NCBI GenBank assembly: GCA_902785275.1
Contig: CACZYB010000001.1
Location: forward strand, 32,001 to 96,000
Origin: an uncultured Pseudomonadota bacterium
GTDB taxonomy: Bacteria > Pseudomonadota > Alphaproteobacteria > Rs-D84 > CACZYB01
Length of the DNA stretch: 64,000 nucleotides
Reading direction: 5' to 3'
Part shown: positions 30,674 through 41,093 of the stretch, piece after piece
Layout: every line of letters begins with the position of its first letter
Numbering within the stretch: the stretch's first letter is position 1
Program-made: the position numbers and the translations under genes
The notes under the pieces: model-generated
What the model saw: the letters and a program-made list of their open reading frames with translations, nothing else
Told to the model about the DNA's origin: nothing
Databases searched by the model: none

Positions 30674-31117
30674 TTAATCAAGTGCAGTTTTTGGTTTTGC
30701 ACCATCAATATTTTTAAGAGTACCTTTCAATACACCACCTTTTTCAACTACTAAATTTGCATAGTTGATTTTTCCTTTTATAACACCAGTTTCATAAACA
30801 TAAAGTATACCAGTAACAGTAAGTTCACCATCGAAAAGACCACTGATGTGTGCTTCTTCAACTTCTGCATTACCAGTAAAGCTTCCACCATAAACGATAT
30901 CCAAATATTTTGCACCACTAAGATTTGCTTCCAATGTACCTTCTACAACCAAGCTTTCACAAACATCAATCGCACCAGTAAGTTTAATATTTTTACCAAC
31001 GATAAGTTGTTTACCATCAGCCTTTGGCATAACAGTATGTCCCTTTGAAACACCATTTGAATATGATGATTTTGTCTTTGTTAAATTATCAAGAAGTTCC
31101 TTTTTATTTATTTCCAT
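30674..31117 (-). CDS. Bactofilin (polymer-forming cytoskeletal protein)
   Basis: Repeating beta-helix pattern L.V.G...G.I; VEKGGVLKG. Confidence 0.88.
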   Translation of the reverse strand: MEINKKELLDNLTKTKSSYSNGVSKGHTVMPKADGKQLIVGKNIKLTGAIDVCESLVVEGTLEANLSGAKYLDIVYGGSFTGNAEVEEAHISGLFDGELTVTGILYVYETGVIKGKINYANLVVEKGGVLKGTLKNIDGAKPKTALD

Positions 31118-31290
31118 TTTTTTCTCCTAAGTTTGAACTATATGAAATAACTATAACTAAAAATTTTTGCAAAAGCAATTAAACAATAAAAAAAAGTTAA
31201 AAATATTAAAAAAAACTCTAGATTTTCAAAATTTATGTGCTAATATGACCCTGTGAGATAAAAATTTAACTTAAATAAGGAGAGGTAAAA

Positions 31291-31797
31291 ATGACATCTA
31301 AACACGATTATATTCAAGAAGCTGCTTACTTCATTTGGCTTAACCGCGGTAAACCAGAAGGACAAGATTTGGAAATCTGGGACGAAGCAACAAAAATCTA
31401 TGAACTTACACAAGAAGTTTTAAAACCAGTTGCAAAAAAATCTGCACCTGCTGCTACAAAAAAAGCTGTTGCTAAAAAATCAGCAAAAAAAGCTCCTGCT
31501 AAAAAAGTAGCTGCAAAGAAACCTGTTACTAAAAAGGTTGCTCCTGCAAAAGCTGTTGCACCAAAGACAGTTGCTCCTAAAAAAGAAGAAAAAAAAGTAG
31601 CTGTTAAAAAAGCAATCGTTAAAAAAGCTGTTGCAAAAAAAACTGCTCCTAAAAAGGAAGTAAAAGTTGCTGCAAAACCTGTTGAAAAAAAGGTTGAAGT
31701 TGCAAAAATCATTCCTATGGTAAGAAAAGAAGCATCTGCTAAAAAAGCTCCTGCTCCTAAAACAAAAATCAAAATTGTTGTTGGAAGAAAGAAATAG
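31291..31797 (+). CDS. DUF2934 domain fused to a histone H1-like K/A/P tail
   Basis: IQEAAYFIWLNRGKPEG..W..A followed by AKK/PAKK repeats. Confidence 0.8.
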   Translation: MTSKHDYIQEAAYFIWLNRGKPEGQDLEIWDEATKIYELTQEVLKPVAKKSAPAATKKAVAKKSAKKAPAKKVAAKKPVTKKVAPAKAVAPKTVAPKKEEKKVAVKKAIVKKAVAKKTAPKKEVKVAAKPVEKKVEVAKIIPMVRKEASAKKAPAPKTKIKIVVGRKK

Positions 31798-31928
31798 TTC
31801 TTCGACACAAATCTTTATTTAAAGTTAACAAAAAAAATACAGGTTTGAAAAAATCTGTATTTTTTTATTTTTTCGCTTTACCCCATAGATTATTTATGCT
31901 ATAATACTCAAAGTAAAAGAGGGAAAAA

Positions 31929-34145
31929 GTGCAAACAAAAAAACATAATTTAGGTTTAAATTTGCTATTAGTCGCAGTAATATGCGGTTCTTTTGTTGTT
32001 TCCACAAACTCCCACGCCGCAAAAAAGAAGAAAAAATCTTCTTCTACTGTAACAAACGCATGTATTGCATGCCTCAATTCATTCAATGCGGAAAAACTTG
32101 ATTTCACAATTGATGCGGACAAATGTCCAAAACGTCTTGCAAGATGTTTCAAAAGTAATCAATCAAATAAATGCGAAAGCATTATCCAAGATTGTATACA
32201 AACAAACTGTGCTTCTTCCGGTACTTGCAGTAACGAGATTGGAAATCGTTCTTTATTCGCCGGTTGTCTTAAAGCGGTAAACCAAGTTTTACCATACCAA
32301 TGTGCAAGCTATATCGCAGGTTACGCTTCAAGTAAGGCCCAAGAAGAATTATCAAAGGTTGATGCACAGGAACGTGCAATAGAACAAAAAAAGCTTGAAG
32401 TACAAAAGGCACAGGAAGATGCTAAACGTGCACAGGCACAAGCAGAAGAAAAGGCAAAGCTAGCCCAAGCTGATGCCGAAGTAAAAAAGAAACAAATCGA
32501 AGAAGATAATAAGATAAAGCTTGAACAAGAAAAGGCTCGCCTTGAACAACAGGCAAAGGATGCCGAACTTGCACGTCAGAAAAAGGCTGCCCTTGAAGCT
32601 CGCAACAACAAACCTAATGTAAAGTACAACAATTTATTAAACGATGTAAAACAATCAGTCACTTCTGCAAAAAATTTCACTACAAAGGCATTCAATTTGC
32701 TTGGTATAACAAAAACTAATGATAAGCAAACTCAAGGATCTGTTATATTCTTCCCTCCACAAATTATAACAGTACCTGCAATCATGGCTTCAACCGATGC
32801 AAAAACTCGTGCCCTTGTAAACAGCAGTCGTTATAAGACTGAACAAAATTTCGTATGTACAAAGGATACAAAAGAAAACTTTGTTAAAAACGAACTTAAC
32901 AACGTTTACAATACAATTAAAAAAGCTCGTGATAAGCTTGAAACTGGCATTTCAGAGATTGAGGCAACAAATGCCGATGATGAAACAACAAACACAATCT
33001 CAGAATCAAAAATAAATACACTTTACCAAGCTCAAAACAAGCTTACTGAAATTATGGAAACTGTGGAAGGATACACATCCAAACTTAAAACAAATTGTGA
33101 AACAAGATGTGAAGGTCTATCCACAATGTCAAATTCTTCCTTTACAGTATCATCTTCACCAATCGAATTTGATGAAAACGGAAATATCATCGAAGAAAAG
33201 AAAAAAACAGAAGATAATAACGCATATTCATGTAAGGATTTAGAAAACGAAGTTTCATCCAAACAAAATGATATGGCTTCTGTCCTTGGCACTTCAACTG
33301 GTATGTCCGATATGTTCGGTGGTGTTGGTAAAAAGGTTACCGAACTTACAAAACGTAATACCGAAGCGGTTCTTTACACTGACCGACTTCTTGATGAAAC
33401 ATTAGTTGCTGTTCAAAGTGGTAAATTCGATGGTACATCATCTGATTACCCTGCAATAGATAGTTGCACCCAGTATATGGTTTTGGATATTGCACAATAC
33501 ACAAACTGTGCATCCAACGTTCTGGGTCAACAACTTACGGCACTTTCTGTTAATAAGGAAAATGACAGGATTAAAGAAGAACTTAACAGTAGTATTAAAA
33601 AGATTATCAAAACTCTTCAAAGTCCAAATTATGAAAAACAGTTGAAGAAGACAATATTGTATTGTTCTGGCTCATCAAAAACTACTGGTACAAGTTTGTA
33701 TGAAACAAGTTACAGCAATCTAAACGATTACGATGACTTCTATACTTGCACATTAAGTATAACAAACGCATTGAACGATGCAAAGAAGTCAAAAAGTGAA
33801 ACCGGAAAATTTAATTTCCAAATTGCAACTGCAACAGGTGATACTATATATCTAACAACCGGTGAATCTTTACCTGCAACTGAATTTGCAGAAAAGAAAC
33901 TCAATTGGGATGTTCAAAGTTGTAAATTAAGCATTACAAAAACCGGTGAAACAAGTTCTATATCATTCATAAGTGGTATTGGAAATAGTGTTGTTCCATT
34001 ACAAACTAACAACAATTCTAATAATGTTAATATGTACGAATCCAGATTGGAGTGCACATGTACTGGTGGTGCAAGATCTACACCAAACTTCCAGCAAATA
34101 AATATGGGTAATGTTTCTGCTGATTGCTCTGAATCACAAAAGTAA
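31929..34145 (+). CDS. Large exported Cys-rich and coiled-coil protein
   Basis: GTG start after GAGGG; signal peptide, KKKKKSSS, Cys-rich domain, TolA-like coiled coil. Confidence 0.8.
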   Translation: MQTKKHNLGLNLLLVAVICGSFVVSTNSHAAKKKKKSSSTVTNACIACLNSFNAEKLDFTIDADKCPKRLARCFKSNQSNKCESIIQDCIQTNCASSGTCSNEIGNRSLFAGCLKAVNQVLPYQCASYIAGYASSKAQEELSKVDAQERAIEQKKLEVQKAQEDAKRAQAQAEEKAKLAQADAEVKKKQIEEDNKIKLEQEKARLEQQAKDAELARQKKAALEARNNKPNVKYNNLLNDVKQSVTSAKNFTTKAFNLLGITKTNDKQTQGSVIFFPPQIITVPAIMASTDAKTRALVNSSRYKTEQNFVCTKDTKENFVKNELNNVYNTIKKARDKLETGISEIEATNADDETTNTISESKINTLYQAQNKLTEIMETVEGYTSKLKTNCETRCEGLSTMSNSSFTVSSSPIEFDENGNIIEEKKKTEDNNAYSCKDLENEVSSKQNDMASVLGTSTGMSDMFGGVGKKVTELTKRNTEAVLYTDRLLDETLVAVQSGKFDGTSSDYPAIDSCTQYMVLDIAQYTNCASNVLGQQLTALSVNKENDRIKEELNSSIKKIIKTLQSPNYEKQLKKTILYCSGSSKTTGTSLYETSYSNLNDYDDFYTCTLSITNALNDAKKSKSETGKFNFQIATATGDTIYLTTGESLPATEFAEKKLNWDVQSCKLSITKTGETSSISFISGIGNSVVPLQTNNNSNNVNMYESRLECTCTGGARSTPNFQQINMGNVSADCSESQK

Positions 34146-34331
34146 TTCTTTACTAAATTCTTTAAACTAATAAGATATCTTTTAAAACAAAGGTATCTGT
34201 TTTATATAGTAAAATTTACCAAAACCAATATTTACAATTAAACTATACAACCTAAAAAATAAACACGAATAAAGTCATCTATTTTACACAAGGAAAAACT
34301 TTATAAACCTTCATACAAACACAACACACAT

Positions 34332-34363
34332 AAAAAAACTCCCCATCAAACGATGAGGAGTTT
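34332..34363 (-). terminator. rpsA terminator
   Basis: AAAAAAACTCCCCATC-loop-GATGAGGAGTTT. Confidence 0.7.
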
Positions 34364-34379
34364 AATTTAAAAGGAAACC

Positions 34380-36092
34380 TTATTTCTTTGATTTCTTTTC
34401 AGCTTCTTTGATTGATGCGCCAAGGATATCACCAAGCAATGCACCAGTATCTGTTGAACCGTATTCTTTCATTATCTTCTTTTCTTCTTCTATTTCATAA
34501 GCACGAATAGATAATGTAAGTTGCATTGTCTTGTTATCAATAGCTGTAATCTTTGCATCAACTTTTTCATCAACAGCAAATCTTTCAGGTTTTTGTTCAG
34601 ACTTTGTCTTTGAAAGATCATTTGTTTTAATGAAACCAGGAAGTCCGTTAACATCAACTGCGATACCATCTTCTTTGATTTCTTTGATAACACAAGTAAC
34701 GATTTCACCTTTCTTAACACGGTCAAGAGAAGATGCAACACGGTCTTCTTTAAGTTGTTTAATACCCAAAGAAATTCTTTCTTTATCAGCATCGATTTCC
34801 AAAATCTTTGTATCGATTGTCATACCCTTTGAATAGTCTTTAACAGCTTCTTCTGGGTTTTTATCCCAATCGATATCAGATAGGTGAACCATACCATCCA
34901 AATCATTGCCAAGACTTACGAAAATACCAAATTCTGTGATATTTTTGATTTCGCCTTTGATAACATCACCAACTTTGTGTGTATCAGCAAAGTCTTTCCA
35001 TGGATTTGGTGTGCATTGTTTCAAACCAAGTGAAATACGACGTTTTTCACGATCAATTTCAAGAACCATTACATCAACTTCTTGGTTAACAGAAATTACC
35101 TTTGAAGGATGAACATTTTTCTTTGTCCATGAAATTTCAGATACGTGAACCAAACCTTCGATTCCATCATCAAGGTCAATAAATGCACCGTAGTCTGTAA
35201 GGTTAGTAACTTTACCTTTGTAAATCTTACCAACTTCGAATTTTTCAATATTTTCCCATGGATCATTTTCAAGTTGTTTCATACCCAATGATACACGACC
35301 TGTTTCTTTATCAAAGTTGATAACTTTTGTTGTAATCTTTTGACCAACAGAGAAAAGTTCATTAGGATTTGAAACACGTTTCCATGAAATATCTGTGATA
35401 TGAAGAAGACCATCAACACCACCAAGATCGATAAATACACCGTAATCAGTAATGTTTTTAATAATACCTTCCATTGTATCACCAATCTTAATATTTTTGA
35501 TGATTTCATCACGTTTTTCAGCTCTATCACCTTCAAGAATTGCACGATGAGACACGATAAGATTTGATCTTAGCTTATCCATTTTAATAATCTTGAATTC
35601 CATAGGTTTATTCATCAAAGCGTTAATATCTTTAACTGGATTGATATCAAGTTGTGAAGAAGGCATAAATGCAGGAATACCATCCAAATCAACAGTAAAT
35701 CCACCACGTACACGATCAGTAATCATACCTGTAATAATCTTGTTTTCAGCAACTTGTTTTTCAATTTCTTTCCAAACTTCTTCTTTTCTTGCTTTTTCAC
35801 GTGAAGCAATAAGAAGACCATCACGACCTTCGTATCTTTCAACATAAACGTCAACGATATCGCCAACTTTTATTTCATCATTTCTGAATTCACGAATGTC
35901 AATATGACCTTCTGATTTTGAACCAACGTTTACGATAACGAAGTCTTTTTTAATATCAACAATTGTACCCTTTGTAACATAACCTTCAAGTTTAGAAGCT
36001 TCTGTATACATAGAATTAAATAAATCAGCAAAGTTTTCACCAGTAGAAAACAATTCTGCATCTGTATCGAAAATAGTTTTTTTAGCTTTCAT
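34380..36092 (-). CDS. rpsA: 30S ribosomal protein S1
   Basis: Six S1 repeats (DYGVFIDLGGVDGLLH and similar). Confidence 0.97.
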   Translation of the reverse strand: MKAKKTIFDTDAELFSTGENFADLFNSMYTEASKLEGYVTKGTIVDIKKDFVIVNVGSKSEGHIDIREFRNDEIKVGDIVDVYVERYEGRDGLLIASREKARKEEVWKEIEKQVAENKIITGMITDRVRGGFTVDLDGIPAFMPSSQLDINPVKDINALMNKPMEFKIIKMDKLRSNLIVSHRAILEGDRAEKRDEIIKNIKIGDTMEGIIKNITDYGVFIDLGGVDGLLHITDISWKRVSNPNELFSVGQKITTKVINFDKETGRVSLGMKQLENDPWENIEKFEVGKIYKGKVTNLTDYGAFIDLDDGIEGLVHVSEISWTKKNVHPSKVISVNQEVDVMVLEIDREKRRISLGLKQCTPNPWKDFADTHKVGDVIKGEIKNITEFGIFVSLGNDLDGMVHLSDIDWDKNPEEAVKDYSKGMTIDTKILEIDADKERISLGIKQLKEDRVASSLDRVKKGEIVTCVIKEIKEDGIAVDVNGLPGFIKTNDLSKTKSEQKPERFAVDEKVDAKITAIDNKTMQLTLSIRAYEIEEEKKIMKEYGSTDTGALLGDILGASIKEAEKKSKK

Positions 36093-36353
36093 AATTTATT
36101 TTCTTTAAGATGTTGGCCTACACTTTTTCATAAAAAGCTCGGACTTGTATGGTTAATATTCATTTGATTTACAGCATACCCTTATAAAACAAATGCCCTT
36201 TTTAATCAAAAAGGTACCGGCATTTTAAACCGATTCTCTTAATAAGTCAAGAAAAAAGCTACTTTATTCAATAACTAAAGCTATAAAGTATTTACAAAGA
36301 AAAAAAATAATCCCCATCGTTAAAGACGGGGAATTCATTTGATAAATAAAAGC

Positions 36354-36563
36354 TTATCTGCTCAAAGAATCTGAGGCAAAGTTTTCAACATATTTATTCC
36401 AATTTGCAACAACTTCACCATTTGTCTTTCCAGAAACTACTTTCATACCTGAATGTGTATTAAACATAATTCTATCACACATAACAGTACAGCTATTAGA
36501 TGATTGATTTACAAATGGTACACTACCACAACATGGACATGGTTTAATGTGAATACTTTTCAT
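36354..36563 (-). CDS. Lar (restriction alleviation)-like small protein
   Basis: IKPCPCCGS...C...WN; AAGGA RBS; own terminator. Confidence 0.6.
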   Translation of the reverse strand: MKSIHIKPCPCCGSVPFVNQSSNSCTVMCDRIMFNTHSGMKVVSGKTNGEVVANWNKYVENFASDSLSR

Positions 36564-36661
36564 TTTTTAGTCCTTTCACTAAATTAAACATTAACATAAA
36601 ATATATACAAAAATTTTAAAAAGTCAATTTTTTTTTAATTCACTTTCATAAATAAAACTTA

Positions 36662-37357
36662 TTAAACTAAAGTAATCTTAAGTTTTTCATCAATAATTCT
36701 TTTAGCAAATTGGAATGTTTCCTCTTTATTATTCAAAGATGTATCGATAAGTATAGCATCATCAGCCTGCTTCATAGGACTTGTTGCACGAGTTCTATCT
36801 GCCTCATCCCTTGCGATAATAGATGCAAGAACTTCTTGATAACTTGCAGATTCACCCTGATCCAAATATTGTTTCAATCTACGGCTTGCCCTTGTCTCTG
36901 GCGATGCAGTAATAAAGAATTTTATTGGTGCATTTGGGCAAATTACTGTTCCAATATCCCTACCTTCAATAATCGCACCTTTTGCAGGACGACCATCCTC
37001 TAATGCAGGAGGATTCTCACCAAAACTTATCTGATATTCACGCATAATTGCACGAATTTCAGGAATTTTTGCAACAGAAGCAACATATTTATTTGTAAGT
37101 TGTGAACGTATCTGTGGATTTCTTGCATAATCCAAAATCTTATGAGTATCAGAAAGTTCACGAGTAAGATTTATTGCAAACTCAAGATTAATATTATCCA
37201 TATCGTGTTTTTTTTCAATCATACAAAGAGTAATTGCACGATACAAACTTCCTGTATCAAGACCGGCAAAACCATAATAATCACAAAGTCTTTTTGTTAA
37301 AGTTCCCTTTCCTGCACCTGCAGGTCCATCAATTGCAATTATATTTTTATTTGCCAT
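36662..37357 (-). CDS. cmk: Cytidylate kinase
   Basis: IAIDGPAGAGKGT, DTGSLYR, EGRDIGTV. Confidence 0.95.
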   Translation of the reverse strand: MANKNIIAIDGPAGAGKGTLTKRLCDYYGFAGLDTGSLYRAITLCMIEKKHDMDNINLEFAINLTRELSDTHKILDYARNPQIRSQLTNKYVASVAKIPEIRAIMREYQISFGENPPALEDGRPAKGAIIEGRDIGTVICPNAPIKFFITASPETRASRRLKQYLDQGESASYQEVLASIIARDEADRTRATSPMKQADDAILIDTSLNNKEETFQFAKRIIDEKLKITLV

Positions 37358-37428
37358 AATCTACACCTTTCTTCTTGTTAAAAAAAATACCTACATAAAA
37401 AATGTAGGCACTTTAAAATTTTAAACTC

Positions 37429-38679
37429 CTACACAACCTTTTTATCAGTATCATCGTTTTGATAGATTATAATAGGATTTTTATCTTTTTCAACAACTTC
37501 TTTATTTATTACAACTTTTTGAATATTTTTATTGTTTGGAAGATCAAACATAGTATCAAGAAGCAAATCTTCGATAATAGAACGAAGACCACGAGCCCCA
37601 GTCTTTCTCTTTATTGCCTTATCCGCAATAGCTTCCAAACTATCATCAGTAAACTCAAGTTCAACATTTTCCATCGCAAACAAAGCCTTATATTGTTTAA
37701 TAAGAGCATTTTTTGGCTCAGTCAAAATAGAACACAATGCTTCACGGCTAAGTTCATCCAAAGTAACAATAATTGGCATACGCCCCATCATTTCAGGAAT
37801 AATACCAAATTTAATAATATCTTCTGGTTCAATTTTTGAAAGAAGTTCTGAAACACTACGTTCTTTTTTCGATGCAATACTTGCTCCAAATCCCATAGAT
37901 GTTTTTTCAGTTCTACGTTCAATAATCTTATCAATACCTTCAAACGCACCACCACAAATGAAAAGTACATTTGATGTATCAAATTGAATAAATTCTTGTT
38001 GAGGATGTTTTCTTCCGCCTTGTGGTGGAACAGAAATCACCGCACCTTCAATAAGCTTTAAAAGAGCCTGTTGCACACCTTCACCACTTACATCACGAGT
38101 AAGAGATGGGTTATCAGATTTTCTTGAAATCTTATCAATTTCATCAATATAAACAATACCCTTTTGAGCCTTTTCAACATCATAATTTGTTGCCTGAAGA
38201 AGACGAACCAAAATGTTTTCCACATCTTCACCAACATAACCCGCTTCGGTAAGGGTTGTCGCATCGGCAATAGTAAATGGCACATCCAAAACCCTTGCCA
38301 AAGTACTTGCAAGAAGGGTTTTACCACTTCCTGTTGGACCAATCAAAAGTATGTTTGATTTTTGAATTTCCACATCATTCTTCATTGCTGAATTATAAAG
38401 TCTTTTATAATGATTATACACAGCCACAGACAAAACTTTCTTTGGTTTTTGTTGACCAATAACATAATCATCAAGATGTTCCAACATTTCCTGTGGTGTT
38501 GGGTTTTCTGATGTGTTTTGAGTAATTTCCTTTTGTTTTTCTTCCTTAATAATACTCATACAAAGGTTGATACATGAATCACAAATAAAAACATTTGGAC
38601 CAGCAATAAGTTTTTTCACCTCATGTTGTGATTTTCCACAAAAAGAGCAATATTTTATATTTTTTGTTTCTTCAGTCAT
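37429..38679 (-). CDS. clpX: ATP-dependent Clp protease ATP-binding subunit
   Basis: CSFCGK zinc finger, [18 protein letters not shown]. Confidence 0.97.
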   Translation of the reverse strand: MTEETKNIKYCSFCGKSQHEVKKLIAGPNVFICDSCINLCMSIIKEEKQKEITQNTSENPTPQEMLEHLDDYVIGQQKPKKVLSVAVYNHYKRLYNSAMKNDVEIQKSNILLIGPTGSGKTLLASTLARVLDVPFTIADATTLTEAGYVGEDVENILVRLLQATNYDVEKAQKGIVYIDEIDKISRKSDNPSLTRDVSGEGVQQALLKLIEGAVISVPPQGGRKHPQQEFIQFDTSNVLFICGGAFEGIDKIIERRTEKTSMGFGASIASKKERSVSELLSKIEPEDIIKFGIIPEMMGRMPIIVTLDELSREALCSILTEPKNALIKQYKALFAMENVELEFTDDSLEAIADKAIKRKTGARGLRSIIEDLLLDTMFDLPNNKNIQKVVINKEVVEKDKNPIIIYQNDDTDKKVV

Positions 38680-38752
38680 TTCAAATCCTTTGTAATTTTC
38701 AATATTTTTCTATTATATTTTAAAATCCAAAATTTTTCAAATAAATTATTTT

Positions 38753-40444
38753 TTATGGTTTCTTTGGGCCATCTTTTGCCATTTTTTCCATTAATTCAAA
38801 ATATTTACCAAACGAAGATTCTTCTTCGGCACCCTTTCCTTCAATTTTACTTTTTTCGCTAATAAAGTTATCTTTACTTCTAAGCAATGCTTCAACAATC
38901 GCATCAATATCGCCATCGGTATAGTCAAAGTCATACTTTACATCAATAGCAGTCTCAAAACCATTTCCTTCACAATTAAATTGATCCACAGTTTTAAGTT
39001 TATTTACAGTATCTCTTAAATCACTAACAGCAGGTATTTCAATCAAATTTGGCAAATCATCTGGACGTTTATTCATTGCATAAACCAAAATTTTCTTAAG
39101 ATTTGTAATAATCTTTTTATTTTCACTTTTCTTAAGAAGTTCCGTTTTATTTTCAATATATTTCTCAAGCTCAGCAACCGCTTTATCAAGATTTTCCAAA
39201 ACAGATTTTACATTATTTGTAACTGTATCCACATCCCCAGAACAAGAGTTAAGAATTTTTTCATCTCTATCTGCCTGTGGATAAAGATTCTTTCCAGACT
39301 TATCAAGAAGCCCCGACTTTTTCAAACGTTCTGCCTTATCTTCTGATACAAGAGCAACAGTATTATCAACAACGAAATCAAATACACCTTTAAGAATACC
39401 TTTCTTTGCAACTGCACGTTCCAATGATGATCTGTTATCAACAAGTTCAAACGAAGTATCTTCCATATCAGATGTAAAACTCTTTCCACATGCAGTTTCA
39501 CCCTCTGTCACAAAAGTATTTGCAATAGTAACCAACTCTCTTGGATAAGTATTGGATTTCATATTAAGTTTCAAATCGGCAAGCTTACCAATCTGCCCAA
39601 CATAATTCCATGTATTGTCGCCAACATTCGCAAACAAACTTGCAACCGTAGATGAAAGTTTTTTCTTTCCTTGGAAACCATCTGAATCAAATGCAACGGT
39701 GCCATCAGAAGAAATTTTTCCCATACCAAAATATGTGTTCATATCTTCTGTACTTAAATCATCAAGTGCAATAGTTTTGTATTTTTTAAGTATTGCATCA
39801 CGACCACAACGTTCATCAATTCCTTTATCCAAATCAGAAATTTTTGATGCACTAAAAATTCCACCAACAGATTGATTCTTTTCCGCCTCAATATATTGGA
39901 AACAATCCTGTGCCGCAGAATATTTTGCCATTGCCATATTACAATTTTTTCTGTCCCTTACACTGCTTTCAGAATACAAATCCCAAAGTCCATCCAAAAG
40001 TTCAGATTGAAAGGCCGCACAAAAAGTACTTAAATTTTTTCCACTACAACGTGCACCATCAACATCCGCCGAAACACCGGACAATGCTGACAAATCAAAA
40101 TTAAAGGAAAGTTCCACCTTAAGCTTGCTTTGGCAAGAATAACTTTTACAATAAACTTTCAATGCATCAGCCATAGCCAAAGCGCACAAACGTTTTGCCG
40201 AAGCATTTGTTACATCCGCAGGCACACCACAACTCATCTTTGAAGAAGCGTCTACTTTATATGCTTCACGCACAGTCCCAGAAAATTTATTTGATTGAAC
40301 CTTTCCAGAAATATTTTTCACAGATACAGATCTGCTACTTCTCCCACTTGCACGCGAAGTTTTCTTCGTCGCACAAAAAGCCCTGTCCTCCTTCACTACA
40401 ACAAAGCCACACAAAATAAGCAATGTGAAAAATACTTTTCTCAT
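38753..40444 (-). CDS. Exported Cys-patterned protein, paralog family member 2
   Basis: Signal peptide, basic Ser-rich patch; KNCNMA..AAQDCF, ACGK, SSLER...KGILKG. Confidence 0.8.
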   Translation of the reverse strand: MRKVFFTLLILCGFVVVKEDRAFCATKKTSRASGRSSRSVSVKNISGKVQSNKFSGTVREAYKVDASSKMSCGVPADVTNASAKRLCALAMADALKVYCKSYSCQSKLKVELSFNFDLSALSGVSADVDGARCSGKNLSTFCAAFQSELLDGLWDLYSESSVRDRKNCNMAMAKYSAAQDCFQYIEAEKNQSVGGIFSASKISDLDKGIDERCGRDAILKKYKTIALDDLSTEDMNTYFGMGKISSDGTVAFDSDGFQGKKKLSSTVASLFANVGDNTWNYVGQIGKLADLKLNMKSNTYPRELVTIANTFVTEGETACGKSFTSDMEDTSFELVDNRSSLERAVAKKGILKGVFDFVVDNTVALVSEDKAERLKKSGLLDKSGKNLYPQADRDEKILNSCSGDVDTVTNNVKSVLENLDKAVAELEKYIENKTELLKKSENKKIITNLKKILVYAMNKRPDDLPNLIEIPAVSDLRDTVNKLKTVDQFNCEGNGFETAIDVKYDFDYTDGDIDAIVEALLRSKDNFISEKSKIEGKGAEEESSFGKYFELMEKMAKDGPKKP

Positions 40445-40487
40445 ACTTATATTATACTATATTTTTCAAAACAAGCCAAGAGGTTTT

Positions 40488-41090
40488 TTAGAAATTATTG
40501 ATTTCTTTTAACGCAAGTTTTATAAGGTCATTCATGGAAATCATTGGATTTTCATTCACGATTTTCATAACAGTAGAAAAACTTTGTGATCGTGTATACC
40601 CAAGATTCGAAAGCGCAGAAATTGCATCCTCAGTAACACTATCGTTTTTCATTTCTTTTGAAATATTTGCAAGCTCTATATTAACATTTGCCTTACCAAC
40701 CTTGTCTTTAAGTTCGGTAATAATTCGTTCCGCAGTCTTTTTTCCAATACCATTTGCTGCAGTAAACAAAGCCACATCTCCAGATAAAATTGCCGAAGAA
40801 ATCTGCTCCGGAGAAAGAGCAGAAAGTATCGAAAGTCCAGCCTTAGGTCCAATACCTTGAACCAAAGTCAAAAGGTTAAAATAATCATGCTCCGCCTGAG
40901 TTGCAAAACCATACAAAGTTATCGCATCCTCACGAACAACAGTTTCAATCCAAAGTGTTGCCGGCACACCCACGCTTAATTTTGATATAGTTTTAGTTGG
41001 CACAAAAACACCATACCCAACCCCACCAACATCGATAATAACCTGTTGTTCAAAAATAGTATCAATCACACCCTTTAACTTTGAAATCAT
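40488..41090 (-). CDS. ruvA: Holliday junction branch migration protein RuvA
   Basis: DVGGVGY, VRED, GIGPK, GIGKKTAERI. Confidence 0.96.
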   Translation of the reverse strand: MISKLKGVIDTIFEQQVIIDVGGVGYGVFVPTKTISKLSVGVPATLWIETVVREDAITLYGFATQAEHDYFNLLTLVQGIGPKAGLSILSALSPEQISSAILSGDVALFTAANGIGKKTAERIITELKDKVGKANVNIELANISKEMKNDSVTEDAISALSNLGYTRSQSFSTVMKIVNENPMISMNDLIKLALKEINNF

Positions 41091-41093
41091 TTT

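Noticed and set aside
31398-31808. Antisense hydrophobic ORFs (also 51079-51597, 58077-58431 and other short overlapping ORFs)
   Set aside because: Shadows of low-complexity or conserved genes on the other strand or frame; no RBS or recognisable motifs.
34146-34330. Longer intergenic gap as a possible ncRNA
   Set aside because: AT-rich, with no stable structure apart from terminator-like hairpins.
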